A stretch of DNA of 59,755 nt from a virus. Lineage: Duplodnaviria > Caudoviricetes. The stretch is taken from positions 1 through 59,755 of IMG/VR virus record IMGVR_UViG_3300042924_007750. The stretch is one strand, 5' to 3'. The translations under genes and the position numbers were made by a program. The notes below the pieces were generated by a model. That model had not been told where the DNA came from. It did no database searches and saw only the letters and a list, made by a program, of their open reading frames with translations. This document shows positions 10,215-21,156 of this stretch, one piece after another (position 1 is the first letter of the stretch; each line of letters begins with the position of its first letter).

Positions 10215-10599
10215 TGGTAACGCAATTAGCCTAGTTTTACCGGACGGACAAAAAAACTATCTTATTGATATTGATGGTACAATAACCGACGACGTTCCAA
10301 ATGAAGAACCATGGAGAATGGAAACATGCCTCCCGTACGAGGGGTCAATTGAACTAATCAACAGTTGGTATAACGAGGGTCATATAATAACATTTTTCAC
10401 ATCTAGGACAGAATCACACCGCAAGGTTACTGAAGACTGGCTCAAAAAACACAGTTACTCTTACCACAATTTATTGATGAATAAACCCCAAGGTGGAAAT
10501 TATCATTGGATTGATAACCATATTGTTAGGGCAACAAGATATGAGGGTAAATGGACCAAAATGACAAAGAAAAAATTAAACATAGAAGTTTTTGAATAA
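10189..10599 (+). CDS. Small HAD-superfamily phosphatase
   Basis: DIDGTI motif I, FTSR motif II, LLMNKP...IDN. Confidence 0.8.
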   Translation: MDLGQQEYNGNAISLVLPDGQKNYLIDIDGTITDDVPNEEPWRMETCLPYEGSIELINSWYNEGHIITFFTSRTESHRKVTEDWLKKHSYSYHNLLMNKPQGGNYHWIDNHIVRATRYEGKWTKMTKKKLNIEVFE

Positions 10600-12233
10600 T
10601 GATTACAATTGGATATTCAACAAGAAATCATAACCCAGAATTTATCGAATACCTCAAAAAATCGTCTGGAAATCCCAAGTACGTTGAGGTTATTGAGAAG
10701 ATAAACAACGGTGAAAAGTCTCTTTCCCAAACCTATAATGAAATAATTGCAGAAGCTAAAGGTGAAATAGTAATTTTGTGTCATGATGACATTTACTTTG
10801 ACACAAATGCGTGGTATCCTAAAATTCAAAAAAACTTTGAAAAAAATGACTTTGGTATCATCGGTGTTGCTGGAACAACACACCTTCCCGAAAGTGGAAA
10901 GTGGTGGGAAAACAGGAGAAAAATGTTTGGTATCGTTAATCATGAGGCTGAAGGACGCAAATGGGAATCCAAATATTCTAGCAGTCTCGGTAACGAAATA
11001 AAAGAAGTTGCAATCGTCGATGGAGTTTTCATAGCAATTCACAAAAATCGCATAAAAAAGAATTTTGTTGAAGACTTCCTAGGATTTCATTTTTACGATT
11101 TACCCTTTTGTTTGGAAAACCATCTCGAAGGAGTTAAAGTTGGTATTTGCACAAACATTAGAATTACACATAAATCGATTGGACAAACAAACCAACAATG
11201 GGAGGATAATCGTCAGTTGTTTGTTGAAAAATACGCAGACCATTTACCGGTTAAAATCCCATTTGACCCAAAAAGTCAAATGAAAGTTTTAATTTCCTCA
11301 ATGTTTTTTAGAACTTTTACCGGCTCTGAAATTTATGTGTATGAGCTAGCTAAAGCATTACAAAAAGAAAATTGCCAAGTTACCATACTATCTCAAATAG
11401 GCGGTCCACTCACTGATTTAGCAAGAAAAGAGGGTATAAAATGTTTATCATTTGAGGAATCTCCCGGATTCAAAATGGGAGATGGAAAATGGATGGTTAT
11501 GGGTCCCGACGGCGTACCGCAAGTTTCAAACCCAACAACTTTATACAAAATAGCTGAAGTTGATTTTGATATCATTCATGTCCAACACAAACCTGTGGCA
11601 GAAAGGATTGTTAATTTATATCCATTGATTGACAAAATTGCTACAATACATTCTGAAGTAATAGAATTAGAAGACCCTGTAATTCACGAATCTATAAAGC
11701 AATATGTTGCTATTAGACCGGAAATAAAGGACCATCTTGTTAATAAATTTAGTATAGAAGAGGACAAAATTTCCGTAATTTATAACCCAGTTGACAAAAA
11801 TAGATTTCCAACATTACAAAAAAATCAAAATGGATATATTTTGTTTATTGGAACTGTCGATTATTTGAGAGAATTTGCAATTAGAGATGCGGCAGAATAT
11901 GCAATGTCATTAGGTAAAGAGCTTTGGTTAGTTGGGGACGATAAATCCATATACTTAAAAAGCTATTTAGAAAATCCAAATATAAAACATTTCCCTTCAA
12001 CATGGAATTTGAAACCCTTTATCGAAGGAGCTTATGAGACGGCAGGTATTCAATTAGGTAGAACTACTATTGAAAGTTGGATGAGTGGAAAAGATAGTTG
12101 GATTTATAAAGTAAATGAGAATGGTGATATTATGTCTAAGGAAAAAACATCACCCCCTGAAGATATAGAAAAGTTCTACTCTGAAAATGTTGCAAAACAA
12201 ATAAAACAAGAGTTTTTGAAAATATTATCATAA
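10599..12233 (+). CDS. Bifunctional glycosyltransferase (GT2-like + GT4-like)
   Basis: N-half HDDI...DGVFIA...FHFYD; C-half GSEIYVYELAKAL...VIYNPVD...GRTTIE. Confidence 0.85.
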   Translation: MITIGYSTRNHNPEFIEYLKKSSGNPKYVEVIEKINNGEKSLSQTYNEIIAEAKGEIVILCHDDIYFDTNAWYPKIQKNFEKNDFGIIGVAGTTHLPESGKWWENRRKMFGIVNHEAEGRKWESKYSSSLGNEIKEVAIVDGVFIAIHKNRIKKNFVEDFLGFHFYDLPFCLENHLEGVKVGICTNIRITHKSIGQTNQQWEDNRQLFVEKYADHLPVKIPFDPKSQMKVLISSMFFRTFTGSEIYVYELAKALQKENCQVTILSQIGGPLTDLARKEGIKCLSFEESPGFKMGDGKWMVMGPDGVPQVSNPTTLYKIAEVDFDIIHVQHKPVAERIVNLYPLIDKIATIHSEVIELEDPVIHESIKQYVAIRPEIKDHLVNKFSIEEDKISVIYNPVDKNRFPTLQKNQNGYILFIGTVDYLREFAIRDAAEYAMSLGKELWLVGDDKSIYLKSYLENPNIKHFPSTWNLKPFIEGAYETAGIQLGRTTIESWMSGKDSWIYKVNENGDIMSKEKTSPPEDIEKFYSENVAKQIKQEFLKILS

Positions 12234-12943
12234 TGACCATTCTGACTACCGCTTATAATTGTGAGACATTCATAGAAAAGTCGTTGTATAGCATCATGTC
12301 ACAACAATATAAAGATTTTAAATGTTACGTATTTGATGATTTATCCAGTGATAATACAAGCCAAAAAGTCCAAGATATTATCAAAGATGACCCAAGATTC
12401 TTTCTAATACAAAACACAAAAAAGTTATATCAACCAGGAAACTATGATTTAGTTATACGACACATGAATTTACCGGACGATGAAATTTGTATCGAGGTTG
12501 ATGGTGATGATTGGTTGCCCAATTCTAAAGTTTTTTCATTCATAAATGATTTGTATAGAAATGAAGATGTGTGGATAACAAGCGGTTCTTTTTCTTACCA
12601 TGATGGTCGACAAGGGTTTGCAAGTCCACCAACAACAATTGAAAATTTAAGAAAACAGGCATTCACTTTATCGCATTTACGAACTTGGAAATCCTGGCTT
12701 TGGAAAAAAATCCAAGAAGAAGATTTAAAAGATTCAACGGGGGAATACTGGTCCGTATCTGGAGATTTAGCTTTTATGTTTCCAATGTTAGAGATGTCTG
12801 GTTTAGAACACTTTAAATTTTTAGCAGAGAAACTCTACATCTACAATGAATCCAATCCTTTGAATGACCACAAAGTTAATATGTCAAATGTGGTAAAAAC
12901 CACTAACATTATAAGAAATAAAATTCCGTATAAAAAAATCTAA
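12233..12943 (+). CDS. GT2 glycosyltransferase
   Basis: TTAYNCE, DDLSSD, VDGDDW. Confidence 0.88.
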   Translation: MTILTTAYNCETFIEKSLYSIMSQQYKDFKCYVFDDLSSDNTSQKVQDIIKDDPRFFLIQNTKKLYQPGNYDLVIRHMNLPDDEICIEVDGDDWLPNSKVFSFINDLYRNEDVWITSGSFSYHDGRQGFASPPTTIENLRKQAFTLSHLRTWKSWLWKKIQEEDLKDSTGEYWSVSGDLAFMFPMLEMSGLEHFKFLAEKLYIYNESNPLNDHKVNMSNVVKTTNIIRNKIPYKKI

Positions 12944-13654
12944 ATGAATCACACACCAAAAATATCTATTTGTATACCAACTTACGAAGCCAATGGTAGA
13001 GGCGTTGAATTTTTATCAAAAAATATCACCTCTATATTAGAGCAAAGTTACGAAAACTTTGAGATTGTAATTTCTGACCACTCGAAAAATGAGGAAATTG
13101 AGAAATTTGTTGAGTCATTAAATGACAATAAAATTGTATATTTAAGAAATTTAGAAAATGTTGGATGGCCCGCACACAATACCAATAATGCAATAAAAAA
13201 CTCTAGTGGAGATTACATCAAACTGATGAATCTTGACGATTATATTGAAGGTTCCGATTCAATACAATTGATGGTGGATTTGTTAAATCAAGGAAATAAA
13301 TGGGTTATTAGCGGGTGCAAGCACTTAAATTATGGTAATGGTGAATGGTCAAATCCAATAATTCCTCGTATTGAAAATGATGGTAGACATCTTTTACTAG
13401 GTATTAATTATGTTGGATGTCCCAGTGTTGGATTAATACCCCGAGAAGAATATTTTGACCCAGAAGTAATCTATATGATAGATTGTGAATTATGGTACAG
13501 AATGTTCATTAAATATGGTTATCCTGGTGTCTTGAAAGATTACAGAATTGTAATTGGAATTGGTGACCATACGCTTACCAATCAACTTGTTTCTAAACAT
13601 TCTGAGTGGTTAAACCAAGATATAAAATACTGTCAAATAAAATACCCTCTATGA
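12944..13654 (+). CDS. GT2 glycosyltransferase
   Basis: ISICIPTY, EIVISDHS, NLDD. Confidence 0.88.
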   Translation: MNHTPKISICIPTYEANGRGVEFLSKNITSILEQSYENFEIVISDHSKNEEIEKFVESLNDNKIVYLRNLENVGWPAHNTNNAIKNSSGDYIKLMNLDDYIEGSDSIQLMVDLLNQGNKWVISGCKHLNYGNGEWSNPIIPRIENDGRHLLLGINYVGCPSVGLIPREEYFDPEVIYMIDCELWYRMFIKYGYPGVLKDYRIVIGIGDHTLTNQLVSKHSEWLNQDIKYCQIKYPL

Positions 13655-14811
13655 AAAATATCCAACTTTTTATTCCCAAATTCAGAAAAGAAGAAATTCT
13701 TGAGCATATGTCCGTTTGTTTAGATAAAGGATGGACTGGACTAGGTTTCAAAACTGTAGAAATCGAAGAAATGTGGAAACAGTACACAAATCTACCATTT
13801 GCACACTTTATTAATTCAAATACCTCAGGATTACATCTTGCGATAAAAATTTTAAAAGACGCTAATAAATGGGCTGATGGTGATGAAATTATCACTAGTC
13901 CACTAACTTTTGTGTCTTCAAATCATGCAATAATGTATGAAAATTTGAAACCGGTCTTTGCAGACGTTGATGATTACTTGTGTTTGGACCCAACTTCAAT
14001 CGAATCTAAAATTACCAAAAAAACTAAAGCAATTTTATTCATTGGAATCGGTGGTAACACCGGTCAGCTGAACGCTGTAATTGAACTTGCAAAGAAACAT
14101 AAGCTAAAAGTTATTTTGGACGCAGCTCACATGGCGGGAACATTTATTAAAAATCCAAACACTGGAAAACCCGAACATGTTGGGCATAGAGTAGATGTGA
14201 GCGTTTTCAGTTTTCAAGCTGTTAAGAATTTACCAACGGCAGACTCAGGGATGATATGTTTTAATACCGAAGATTATGATATTTTGGTCCGCAAACTTTC
14301 CTGGTTAGGAATCGATAAAGACACGTATCAAAGAACAAATGATAAAGGTAGTTACAAGTGGGAATATGAACTCGTTGATGTCGGGTACAAATACCATGGA
14401 AACTCAATTATGGCATCCATGGCATTGGTTGGGTTAAAATACCTGGAAGAAGATAATCAAAGGAGAAGAGAAATTTGTGAAAAATATGAAAAAGAACTTA
14501 CCAAAAAAGGAGTTAAGGTTATCGTGTCGCACGACGATTGTATAAGTTCATCCAGACACCTTTTTCAAATAGTCGTTGATGAGCGTAATAAATTTATGGA
14601 ATTATTAAATTCAAGCGGGGTTTATCCGGGAGTACACTACCGAGACAATACCAACTATAAAATGTATAATGAATCATTTGGTCAATCTCCAAATTCACAT
14701 CACATTTCCGAAAAATTAATTTCATTACCATTGCATATGTATTTAACGGATACTGATGTTGAGTATGTAATTGAACAAGTTATTCGCGTTAATAATATTT
14801 TGAAAAAATGA
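13651..14811 (+). CDS. DegT/DnrJ/EryC1/StrS sugar aminotransferase
   Basis: NSNTSGLHLA, DAAH, FSFQAVKNL (catalytic Lys retained), LISLPLH; ATG 13651 overlaps the upstream stop. Confidence 0.9.
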   Translation: MKNIQLFIPKFRKEEILEHMSVCLDKGWTGLGFKTVEIEEMWKQYTNLPFAHFINSNTSGLHLAIKILKDANKWADGDEIITSPLTFVSSNHAIMYENLKPVFADVDDYLCLDPTSIESKITKKTKAILFIGIGGNTGQLNAVIELAKKHKLKVILDAAHMAGTFIKNPNTGKPEHVGHRVDVSVFSFQAVKNLPTADSGMICFNTEDYDILVRKLSWLGIDKDTYQRTNDKGSYKWEYELVDVGYKYHGNSIMASMALVGLKYLEEDNQRRREICEKYEKELTKKGVKVIVSHDDCISSSRHLFQIVVDERNKFMELLNSSGVYPGVHYRDNTNYKMYNESFGQSPNSHHISEKLISLPLHMYLTDTDVEYVIEQVIRVNNILKK

Positions 14812-15452
14812 AAGGAGCTATAATTTTAGGCGCTGCTGGTTTAGCTAAAGAATTTTACTATTACGTCAAAAGAGCTAAGCCACAAATCGAGGACTTTTTT
14901 TTCGTCAACGACATTGATGACGGACAAACTGAATTAGAAATAGATGGTACTATTTTCCCGGTAATCAAAAATTGGAAATTCCCCAAAAAATACCCTTTTA
15001 TTGTTGCTGTTGGAAATCCAAAAATAAAAAAAATTTTGGTGCAGAAAGCGCTTAATTGTGATTTATTTGCTTGTGATACAATTGTGGACCCTTCTGCCAT
15101 TGTTTTAATGGATAAAAAAAATTTAAGTAAAGGAGGTATGATTGCCCCTGGGTGTGTAGTAACATCTAATATAATTTTTGGTGATTATGTTACCTTGAAT
15201 TTGAACACAACTGTCGGCCACGACACAAAAATTGGAGATTATTGTACAACAAATCCTGGGGTTCATATTTCGGGCCAAATTGACATTGGTGAAAGTAATG
15301 AGTTCGGAACTGGATGTATTATCCGAGACAGATTATCAATAGGTTCTAACAAAACTTTTGGAGCTCAAACCGCAGTAGTCAAATCTATTTTAGGAAATAA
15401 CGAGGAAACTTATATTGGTATTCCAGCAAAAAAATTAGAAAAAAATGTATAA
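14808..15452 (+). CDS. PglD/NeuD-family sugar acetyltransferase
   Basis: GAAGLAKE, VAVGNP, hexapeptide repeats, VGHD, GIPAK. Confidence 0.88.
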   Translation: MKGAIILGAAGLAKEFYYYVKRAKPQIEDFFFVNDIDDGQTELEIDGTIFPVIKNWKFPKKYPFIVAVGNPKIKKILVQKALNCDLFACDTIVDPSAIVLMDKKNLSKGGMIAPGCVVTSNIIFGDYVTLNLNTTVGHDTKIGDYCTTNPGVHISGQIDIGESNEFGTGCIIRDRLSIGSNKTFGAQTAVVKSILGNNEETYIGIPAKKLEKNV

Positions 15453-16245
15453 CGTTGAAAAAATTTCAAATTGGGACTTACGAGTCAATATAGAAACAAA
15501 CAAACCCTGTGAATTGTATGTTGATAATTTTCCAAACACACCAAAAAATTCTTTGAGGGTGTTATGGGTGGTAGAGCCTGATGAAGTAAGTACAATTAAG
15601 ACTATTGTGTTTGGAAGACATCAAGAATTTGATTTAATCTTAACCTATGATGAAGATATCTTAAACAATTGTCCAAACGCAAAACTATATCCTCATGGAA
15701 TGAGTTGGATTCTTGATTTTGATTTTTCTAAAGAAAAAGAATTTGTAATCACATCTTTAGTTGGGGGAAAACAACTATCTCCAAATCATTTTTTGAGACA
15801 ACAATTACCCACTATTCAAAATCAAATAAATTCAGTTCCAGTTCATTTATTTAATAGTTTGAACAACCCTTACCCCGGTGAAGGAATTGAACGAACAATG
15901 ATGGACCGAGATAGAAAAAACGAATTGTTTTATTCTCAGTTCCACATAGCAATAGAGAATTTTTCAAAGAAAAATTATTTTAGTGAAAAATTAGTAGATT
16001 GTTTTCAAACCAAAACGGTTCCAATATATGTTGGTTGCCCCAATATTGGTGATTTTTATGATACTAGAGGAATGTTGATTGCTAACACAGCAGAAGAACT
16101 TATTGAAATTTGTAATTCGATTACACCAGAAACTTATAATAATATGTTGGAGTTTGTTGAAAAAAATTATGAATTGAGTATGCCCCATGCCTTGTTCAGA
16201 GAAGCTTTGAAAAATGAAGTGATAAATTTTGTAAACGCTAATTGA
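15445..16245 (+). CDS. GT10-like (alpha-1,3/4-fucosyltransferase family) glycosyltransferase
   Basis: FHIAIEN...YFSEKL.DCF...VPIYVG is the GT10 signature. Confidence 0.8.
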   Translation: MYNVEKISNWDLRVNIETNKPCELYVDNFPNTPKNSLRVLWVVEPDEVSTIKTIVFGRHQEFDLILTYDEDILNNCPNAKLYPHGMSWILDFDFSKEKEFVITSLVGGKQLSPNHFLRQQLPTIQNQINSVPVHLFNSLNNPYPGEGIERTMMDRDRKNELFYSQFHIAIENFSKKNYFSEKLVDCFQTKTVPIYVGCPNIGDFYDTRGMLIANTAEELIEICNSITPETYNNMLEFVEKNYELSMPHALFREALKNEVINFVNAN

Positions 16246-16246
16246 T

Positions 16247-16864
16247 ATGGACAATGAAATTGAATTAAATTTACAGAAGATAGTTGATGGACACCATAAG
16301 GTGACCTATCGGGGGATTAAAATGATAAAAAATCCTTTTGATTATTTGTTATATCAAATGATTATTAATGAAGTAAAACCAGATTTGATAATTGAAGTCG
16401 GAACTAATCACGGGGGTACGGCTCTTTATATGGCGGACATATTAGACATTATTGGACATGGCGAGATTCATACTATCGATGTTATGGAATATCCGATGGA
16501 CGAATTAATTTTGAACAACAAAAGAATTAAAAGATTTTTAGGAGGTTACGATTCATATGATTTGAAAAATTGTGAAAATTACCAAAAAATTTTAGTAATA
16601 GATGATGGCTCACATCTCTACAGTCATTCATTAGAAATACTACACAAGTTCAAAGATGTTGTAAGTGTTAATTCATACTTCATTGTTGAAGATGGTGCAT
16701 TAATACATATTGGTCTAACCAAAGATTATGGTGGTGGTCCAGTTCGTGCAATCGAGGAGTTTATGACTCAAAATGACGACTACATAATTGATAGAAAATG
16801 GTGTGATTTTTTTGGGACCAACGCAACTTTTAATACAAACGGGTTTTTAAAAAAAATTAAGTAA
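16247..16864 (+). CDS. CmcI-family (sugar O-)methyltransferase
   Basis: YRG...KNPFD..LYQ.II..VKPDLIIEVG, VIDDGSH, IVED. Confidence 0.85.
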   Translation: MDNEIELNLQKIVDGHHKVTYRGIKMIKNPFDYLLYQMIINEVKPDLIIEVGTNHGGTALYMADILDIIGHGEIHTIDVMEYPMDELILNNKRIKRFLGGYDSYDLKNCENYQKILVIDDGSHLYSHSLEILHKFKDVVSVNSYFIVEDGALIHIGLTKDYGGGPVRAIEEFMTQNDDYIIDRKWCDFFGTNATFNTNGFLKKIK

Positions 16865-17646
16865 TGGGTATTATTTCTACAAAATTGATGGGTGGTCTTG
16901 GAAATTATATGTTTCAAATTAGTGCCGCATTTGCGATTTCGTTGAGAGATAATAAAGAACTTATCTGTGAAACTTACGACACTCAAGTACCGCAGAAACC
17001 CGTACAAACGTATGAAAATAATTTATTCAAAAAGGTGAAATTTACCTCAGAACATATTGCACATATACCTTACGGAGAACCCAAATTTTCTTTTTCTGAA
17101 ATTCCATTTATTGAAGGTAACATGCGTCTGTATGGATATTTTCAAAGTGAAAAATATTTTACAAATTATAGAAAAGAAGTTTTAGAATTATTTGACTTGA
17201 ATCAAGAAATTCAAGAAAAAATCCAAGAAAAATACCAAGAAGTATTATCAAAAAATCCTACTTCACTTCATGTTAGAAGGGGAGACTATGTTTGGTTAAA
17301 TGATTATCATGCTAATCAACAAGTAAGTTATTATCAAGAAGCTATGAATTTGATTGGGTCGGAAGAACATTATTTAATTTTTTCAGATGACATTTCATGG
17401 TGTGAAGAAAATTTAAATTTTATAAAAAACAAAACGTTTGTTAAGGATAATTTAGACTATGAAGACCTTTTTCTAATGTCTTTTTGTTTGAATCATATAA
17501 TAGCAAATTCAAGTTTCAGTTGGTGGGGTGCGTGGCTGAATAAAAATGAAAATAAAAAAGTTGTTGCACCAAAACAATGGTTTGGTAAATCGAATTCACA
17601 TCTTGAAACAACAGACCTATATTGTGAAAAATGGCATATAATATGA
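16864..17646 (+). CDS. GT11 alpha-1,2-fucosyltransferase family
   Basis: GGLGNYMFQ, GYFQSEKYF, HVRRGDY, FSDD, NSSFSWWGAWL. Confidence 0.92.
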   Translation: MGIISTKLMGGLGNYMFQISAAFAISLRDNKELICETYDTQVPQKPVQTYENNLFKKVKFTSEHIAHIPYGEPKFSFSEIPFIEGNMRLYGYFQSEKYFTNYRKEVLELFDLNQEIQEKIQEKYQEVLSKNPTSLHVRRGDYVWLNDYHANQQVSYYQEAMNLIGSEEHYLIFSDDISWCEENLNFIKNKTFVKDNLDYEDLFLMSFCLNHIIANSSFSWWGAWLNKNENKKVVAPKQWFGKSNSHLETTDLYCEKWHII

Positions 17647-18566
17647 AAGCTTTAATCACTGGCTCAAATGGATTAGTCGGTTCTGCCTTAAAAAAAATTC
17701 TTGGTGAAAATCATGTTTATCACACAAGAAAAGATGCAGACTTAACTAATGAAATTCAAACAAAGGAATACATAAAAAATCAGATTGAGAATTTTGGCGT
17801 CGATACAATAATACACTGTGCTGCTAGAGTCGGCGGAGTGCAAGCTAATACCAGCAATAACCAAGGATTTTTTCTAGACAATTATTTAATCAATAATAAC
17901 ATTCTAAAATCTGCTTACGAATTTAATGTCCCAAACTTTGTCAACATACTATCCACTTGTATTTTTCCAGATAAAGAAATTACATATCCACTCACAGCAG
18001 ACCAAATAGATAAAGGCGCACCTCACCCTTCAAACTATGGATACTCGTACGCTAAAAGATTGGCGGGCTATGAAACCAAAATTTTTAGAAACTTAACTAA
18101 CGCCAATTGGATTAACATAGTACCAACAAACGTCTACGGGCCTAATGATAATTTTCATTTGATTGATAGTCATATGATACCTGGAATGATTCATAGAGCG
18201 TACCTTGCAAAAGAAAATAACGAAAAATTTGTGATTTGGGGTGATGGTACCCCCCTTAGACAATTTATTCATTCTGAAGATTTGGCAAGAAATATTCTTT
18301 GGGCTTTGAACAATTGGAATTCCGACACTCATTTTATGGCGATAAACGAAAAAGAAGTTTCTGTGATGGATATTGCCAATATAATCACAGAAAAATTTGA
18401 GTTAGCACAAGACCAATTAGTATTTGACGCCAGCAAGCCAAAAGGTCAATTCAGAAAACCAGCTAAAACAGACATACCATCCGACTATAATTTTGTGAGT
18501 CTCAAAGAAGGAATTTTTGAAACAATAGATTGGTTCATTAAAAATTATAGTAACGCTAGAAAATGA
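17643..18566 (+). CDS. fcl: GDP-L-fucose synthase (Fcl/WcaG) or ColC-type reductase
   Basis: TGSNGLVGSA, AARVGGV.AN, STCIFP, YSYAKR, PTNVYGPNDNF, WGDGTPLRQF. Confidence 0.88.
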   Translation: MKALITGSNGLVGSALKKILGENHVYHTRKDADLTNEIQTKEYIKNQIENFGVDTIIHCAARVGGVQANTSNNQGFFLDNYLINNNILKSAYEFNVPNFVNILSTCIFPDKEITYPLTADQIDKGAPHPSNYGYSYAKRLAGYETKIFRNLTNANWINIVPTNVYGPNDNFHLIDSHMIPGMIHRAYLAKENNEKFVIWGDGTPLRQFIHSEDLARNILWALNNWNSDTHFMAINEKEVSVMDIANIITEKFELAQDQLVFDASKPKGQFRKPAKTDIPSDYNFVSLKEGIFETIDWFIKNYSNARK

Positions 18567-19726
18567 AAAAAATTAATTTAGTAGAGGATACAATCACCAG
18601 AGAAGATATAAATTCATTGATTACTTGGTTGTCTGATTATCCACAACTCACGAAAGGACCAAAGACAATTGAGTTCGAAAAAAATTGGTCAGAATGGTTA
18701 GGTTCAAAATATTCTGTGTTTGTTAATTCAGGTTCATCAGCAAATTTACTTATGTTATATGCCCTAAAACATTTGGGTTTACTGAAAAATAAAAAAATTT
18801 GTGTACCTTCTTTATCCTGGGCAACAGACTTAGCACCGGTATTACAATTTGATTTGGAACCCATTCTCATTGATTGTAACCTGGATAATCTGTCTGTAGA
18901 TTTGAACCATCTAGAAACAACATTTAAGGAACAAAACCCATCAGTCCTGATTTTGGTTTCAGTTCTTGGACTTTCCCCCGATATGGATTCTATATCAAAA
19001 CTATGCGAACAATACGATGTTATTTTGTTGGAGGATAATTGTGAATCGCAGGGAACATCTTACAAAGGAAAAAAACTTGGAAACTTCGGATTGATGTCAT
19101 CTTTTTCGACTTTTTTTGGTCATACTATGAGTACGATAGAAGGGGGGGTTATTACAACAAATGATGAAAAAATTTACCACACATTACTTCAATTGCGCAG
19201 CCATGGTTGGTCAAGAGATTTACCAATTACCGAACAAAAAAAATTGCAGAAAGAATGGAATTGTGATGACTTTTCTAACCTTTATACTTTTTTCATCCCC
19301 GGATTTAATCTGAGAAGTACGGATTTGCAAGCACAAATTGGTATAAATCAATTAGCAAAAATAGATGAAATTATTGCAAAACGTAACGAAAACTTCAAAA
19401 CTTACCAAAAAATTTTAAGTTCAGAAGTTTGGTTCCCAAATGAAATTGAACATTCGTATACCGCAAATTTTGCAATACCAATTTTGACTTCTAATTCAGA
19501 ATCGAAAAAGAATTTGATAAAAGAATTGATTAAAAATGAAATTGCTTGCAGACCTCTAATTTCTGGTTCTATGGGTACACAACCTTTTTATAAGAAATTA
19601 TATGGTGAAACAAAATTACCAAATTGCACTATTGTTGATAACTGTGGTATCTATGTCCCTAATCACCCAAACTTGAAGCAAAAAGAAATCAAACTAATTT
19701 GTGATATCATTTTGAATAACAAATAA
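18563..19726 (+). CDS. ColD/RfbH-like PLP/PMP-dependent 3-dehydratase (DegT superfamily, His at the Lys position)
   Basis: VNSGSSANLL, EDNCES, SFSTFFGHTMSTIEGG (H instead of K), LRSHGW, GFNLRSTD. Confidence 0.8.
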   Translation: MKKINLVEDTITREDINSLITWLSDYPQLTKGPKTIEFEKNWSEWLGSKYSVFVNSGSSANLLMLYALKHLGLLKNKKICVPSLSWATDLAPVLQFDLEPILIDCNLDNLSVDLNHLETTFKEQNPSVLILVSVLGLSPDMDSISKLCEQYDVILLEDNCESQGTSYKGKKLGNFGLMSSFSTFFGHTMSTIEGGVITTNDEKIYHTLLQLRSHGWSRDLPITEQKKLQKEWNCDDFSNLYTFFIPGFNLRSTDLQAQIGINQLAKIDEIIAKRNENFKTYQKILSSEVWFPNEIEHSYTANFAIPILTSNSESKKNLIKELIKNEIACRPLISGSMGTQPFYKKLYGETKLPNCTIVDNCGIYVPNHPNLKQKEIKLICDIILNNK

Positions 19727-19727
19727 A

Positions 19728-20516
19728 ATGGTTAGATTAGTCAAAACTATAAGGCAAGAATGGGAAGTGAGGGGCTATTACTCGTATTTGGGTGAAGCTG
19801 TTATTGAAATCATGTGGGCAAAACAAAAATTTCCTGGAGAGGAAATTAAAGTTTTTTTTGATTTAAGAAATATTCATCATTACAAACAAGACAATTTATT
19901 TGACGTTTGTTTTGAACAAGACCATGAAGACTATAATGAATATAGAAATGAATACATTAACATTGAAAGTCTAAATTCTGAAATACTACTCAACCATTAT
20001 GATTTAACAATTTTTCCGCAGGATATTAGAGAACTTTCAGAACCAATCATCAAAGACTATTTTTGTTTAAAACCTAAATTGTCGGCTGAGTTAGAAAGAA
20101 GACTTCAGTTGATTGATTTGGAAAATACAATATCAGTTCATAGACGCGATACTGACATGAAAATTGGGCATGGAATAACCGCGCCAGTCCTTCAACAATT
20201 TTATTCAATAATTGACGAAGGTAATTATACCAATATTTTTGTAATGTCTGACAACAAACCAGACCTAGACCTTTTTGTTAAGAAATATTCAAATAGAGTT
20301 ATTTCATTTGAGGAAGATACTACAAGTACTGATATCAATTACCCATATTTTCTCATAGGGGGGACTGGACCTGAAGAAATGCAAAAACACATTGAAAATT
20401 TAACACTCAACACTATTATCTTGAGTAAAACAAAAAAATTGATTTGTAGTAAGTCAAATTTATCAACTTTTGCAATTCTTGCTAACCCTAAACTAGAATA
20501 TATTAAATTAAATTAA
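19728..20516 (+). CDS. NodZ/GT23-like fucosyltransferase-superfamily protein
   Basis: ISVHRRDTD, IFVMSD, LICSKSNLS match the three conserved fucosyltransferase motifs. Confidence 0.65.
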   Translation: MVRLVKTIRQEWEVRGYYSYLGEAVIEIMWAKQKFPGEEIKVFFDLRNIHHYKQDNLFDVCFEQDHEDYNEYRNEYINIESLNSEILLNHYDLTIFPQDIRELSEPIIKDYFCLKPKLSAELERRLQLIDLENTISVHRRDTDMKIGHGITAPVLQQFYSIIDEGNYTNIFVMSDNKPDLDLFVKKYSNRVISFEEDTTSTDINYPYFLIGGTGPEEMQKHIENLTLNTIILSKTKKLICSKSNLSTFAILANPKLEYIKLN

Positions 20517-20521
20517 AAAAC

Positions 20522-21154
20522 ATGTACAACTCACAAATTGGGCAAGATAAATTCATAGATGAATTTTTTGAAAAAAAAGAAGGATTAACTTTCTTAGATA
20601 TTGGTGCTCACGATGGAGTTTCAATTTCTAACACCTTTTTTTTAGAAAAGGAAAGAAACTGGAACGGAATCTGTATCGAAGCGCAACCCTCTGAATTTGA
20701 AAAATTGAAATCAAATAGGAAATGTATTTGTGTTAACGTTGCTGTTTCAAATTATAATGGAGAAACGGATTTTATTTATGTAGAAGGATATGCAAATATG
20801 CTATCAGGAATATCGGACGATTACAATCTTTCACACAAGCATAGAATTGAAAATGAAGTAAGAGCTTATGGTGGTGCTATTAATACCATCAAGGTTCCGG
20901 TTAAAACTCTCCAGAGCATACTAGATGACCATAACATACACAATATAGATTTCTGTTCAATTGACACTGAAGGCTCAGAATTTAATATTATCAAATCAAT
21001 TGACTTTGATAAAACAGAAATTAAGGTTTTTATAATCGAAAACAATTACGGCGAAAAAAATATAGAAAACTTTCTTATTGAAAAGGGATATGCTCTCTAT
21101 AAAAAAATCGAATGGGACGATGTTTTTGTAAAACAAAAATATATTAATAATTAA
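20522..21154 (+). CDS. FkbM-family methyltransferase
   Basis: SQIGQD, FLDIGAHDG..SNT, SIDTEGSE. Confidence 0.9.
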   Translation: MYNSQIGQDKFIDEFFEKKEGLTFLDIGAHDGVSISNTFFLEKERNWNGICIEAQPSEFEKLKSNRKCICVNVAVSNYNGETDFIYVEGYANMLSGISDDYNLSHKHRIENEVRAYGGAINTIKVPVKTLQSILDDHNIHNIDFCSIDTEGSEFNIIKSIDFDKTEIKVFIIENNYGEKNIENFLIEKGYALYKKIEWDDVFVKQKYINN

Positions 21155-21156
21155 TA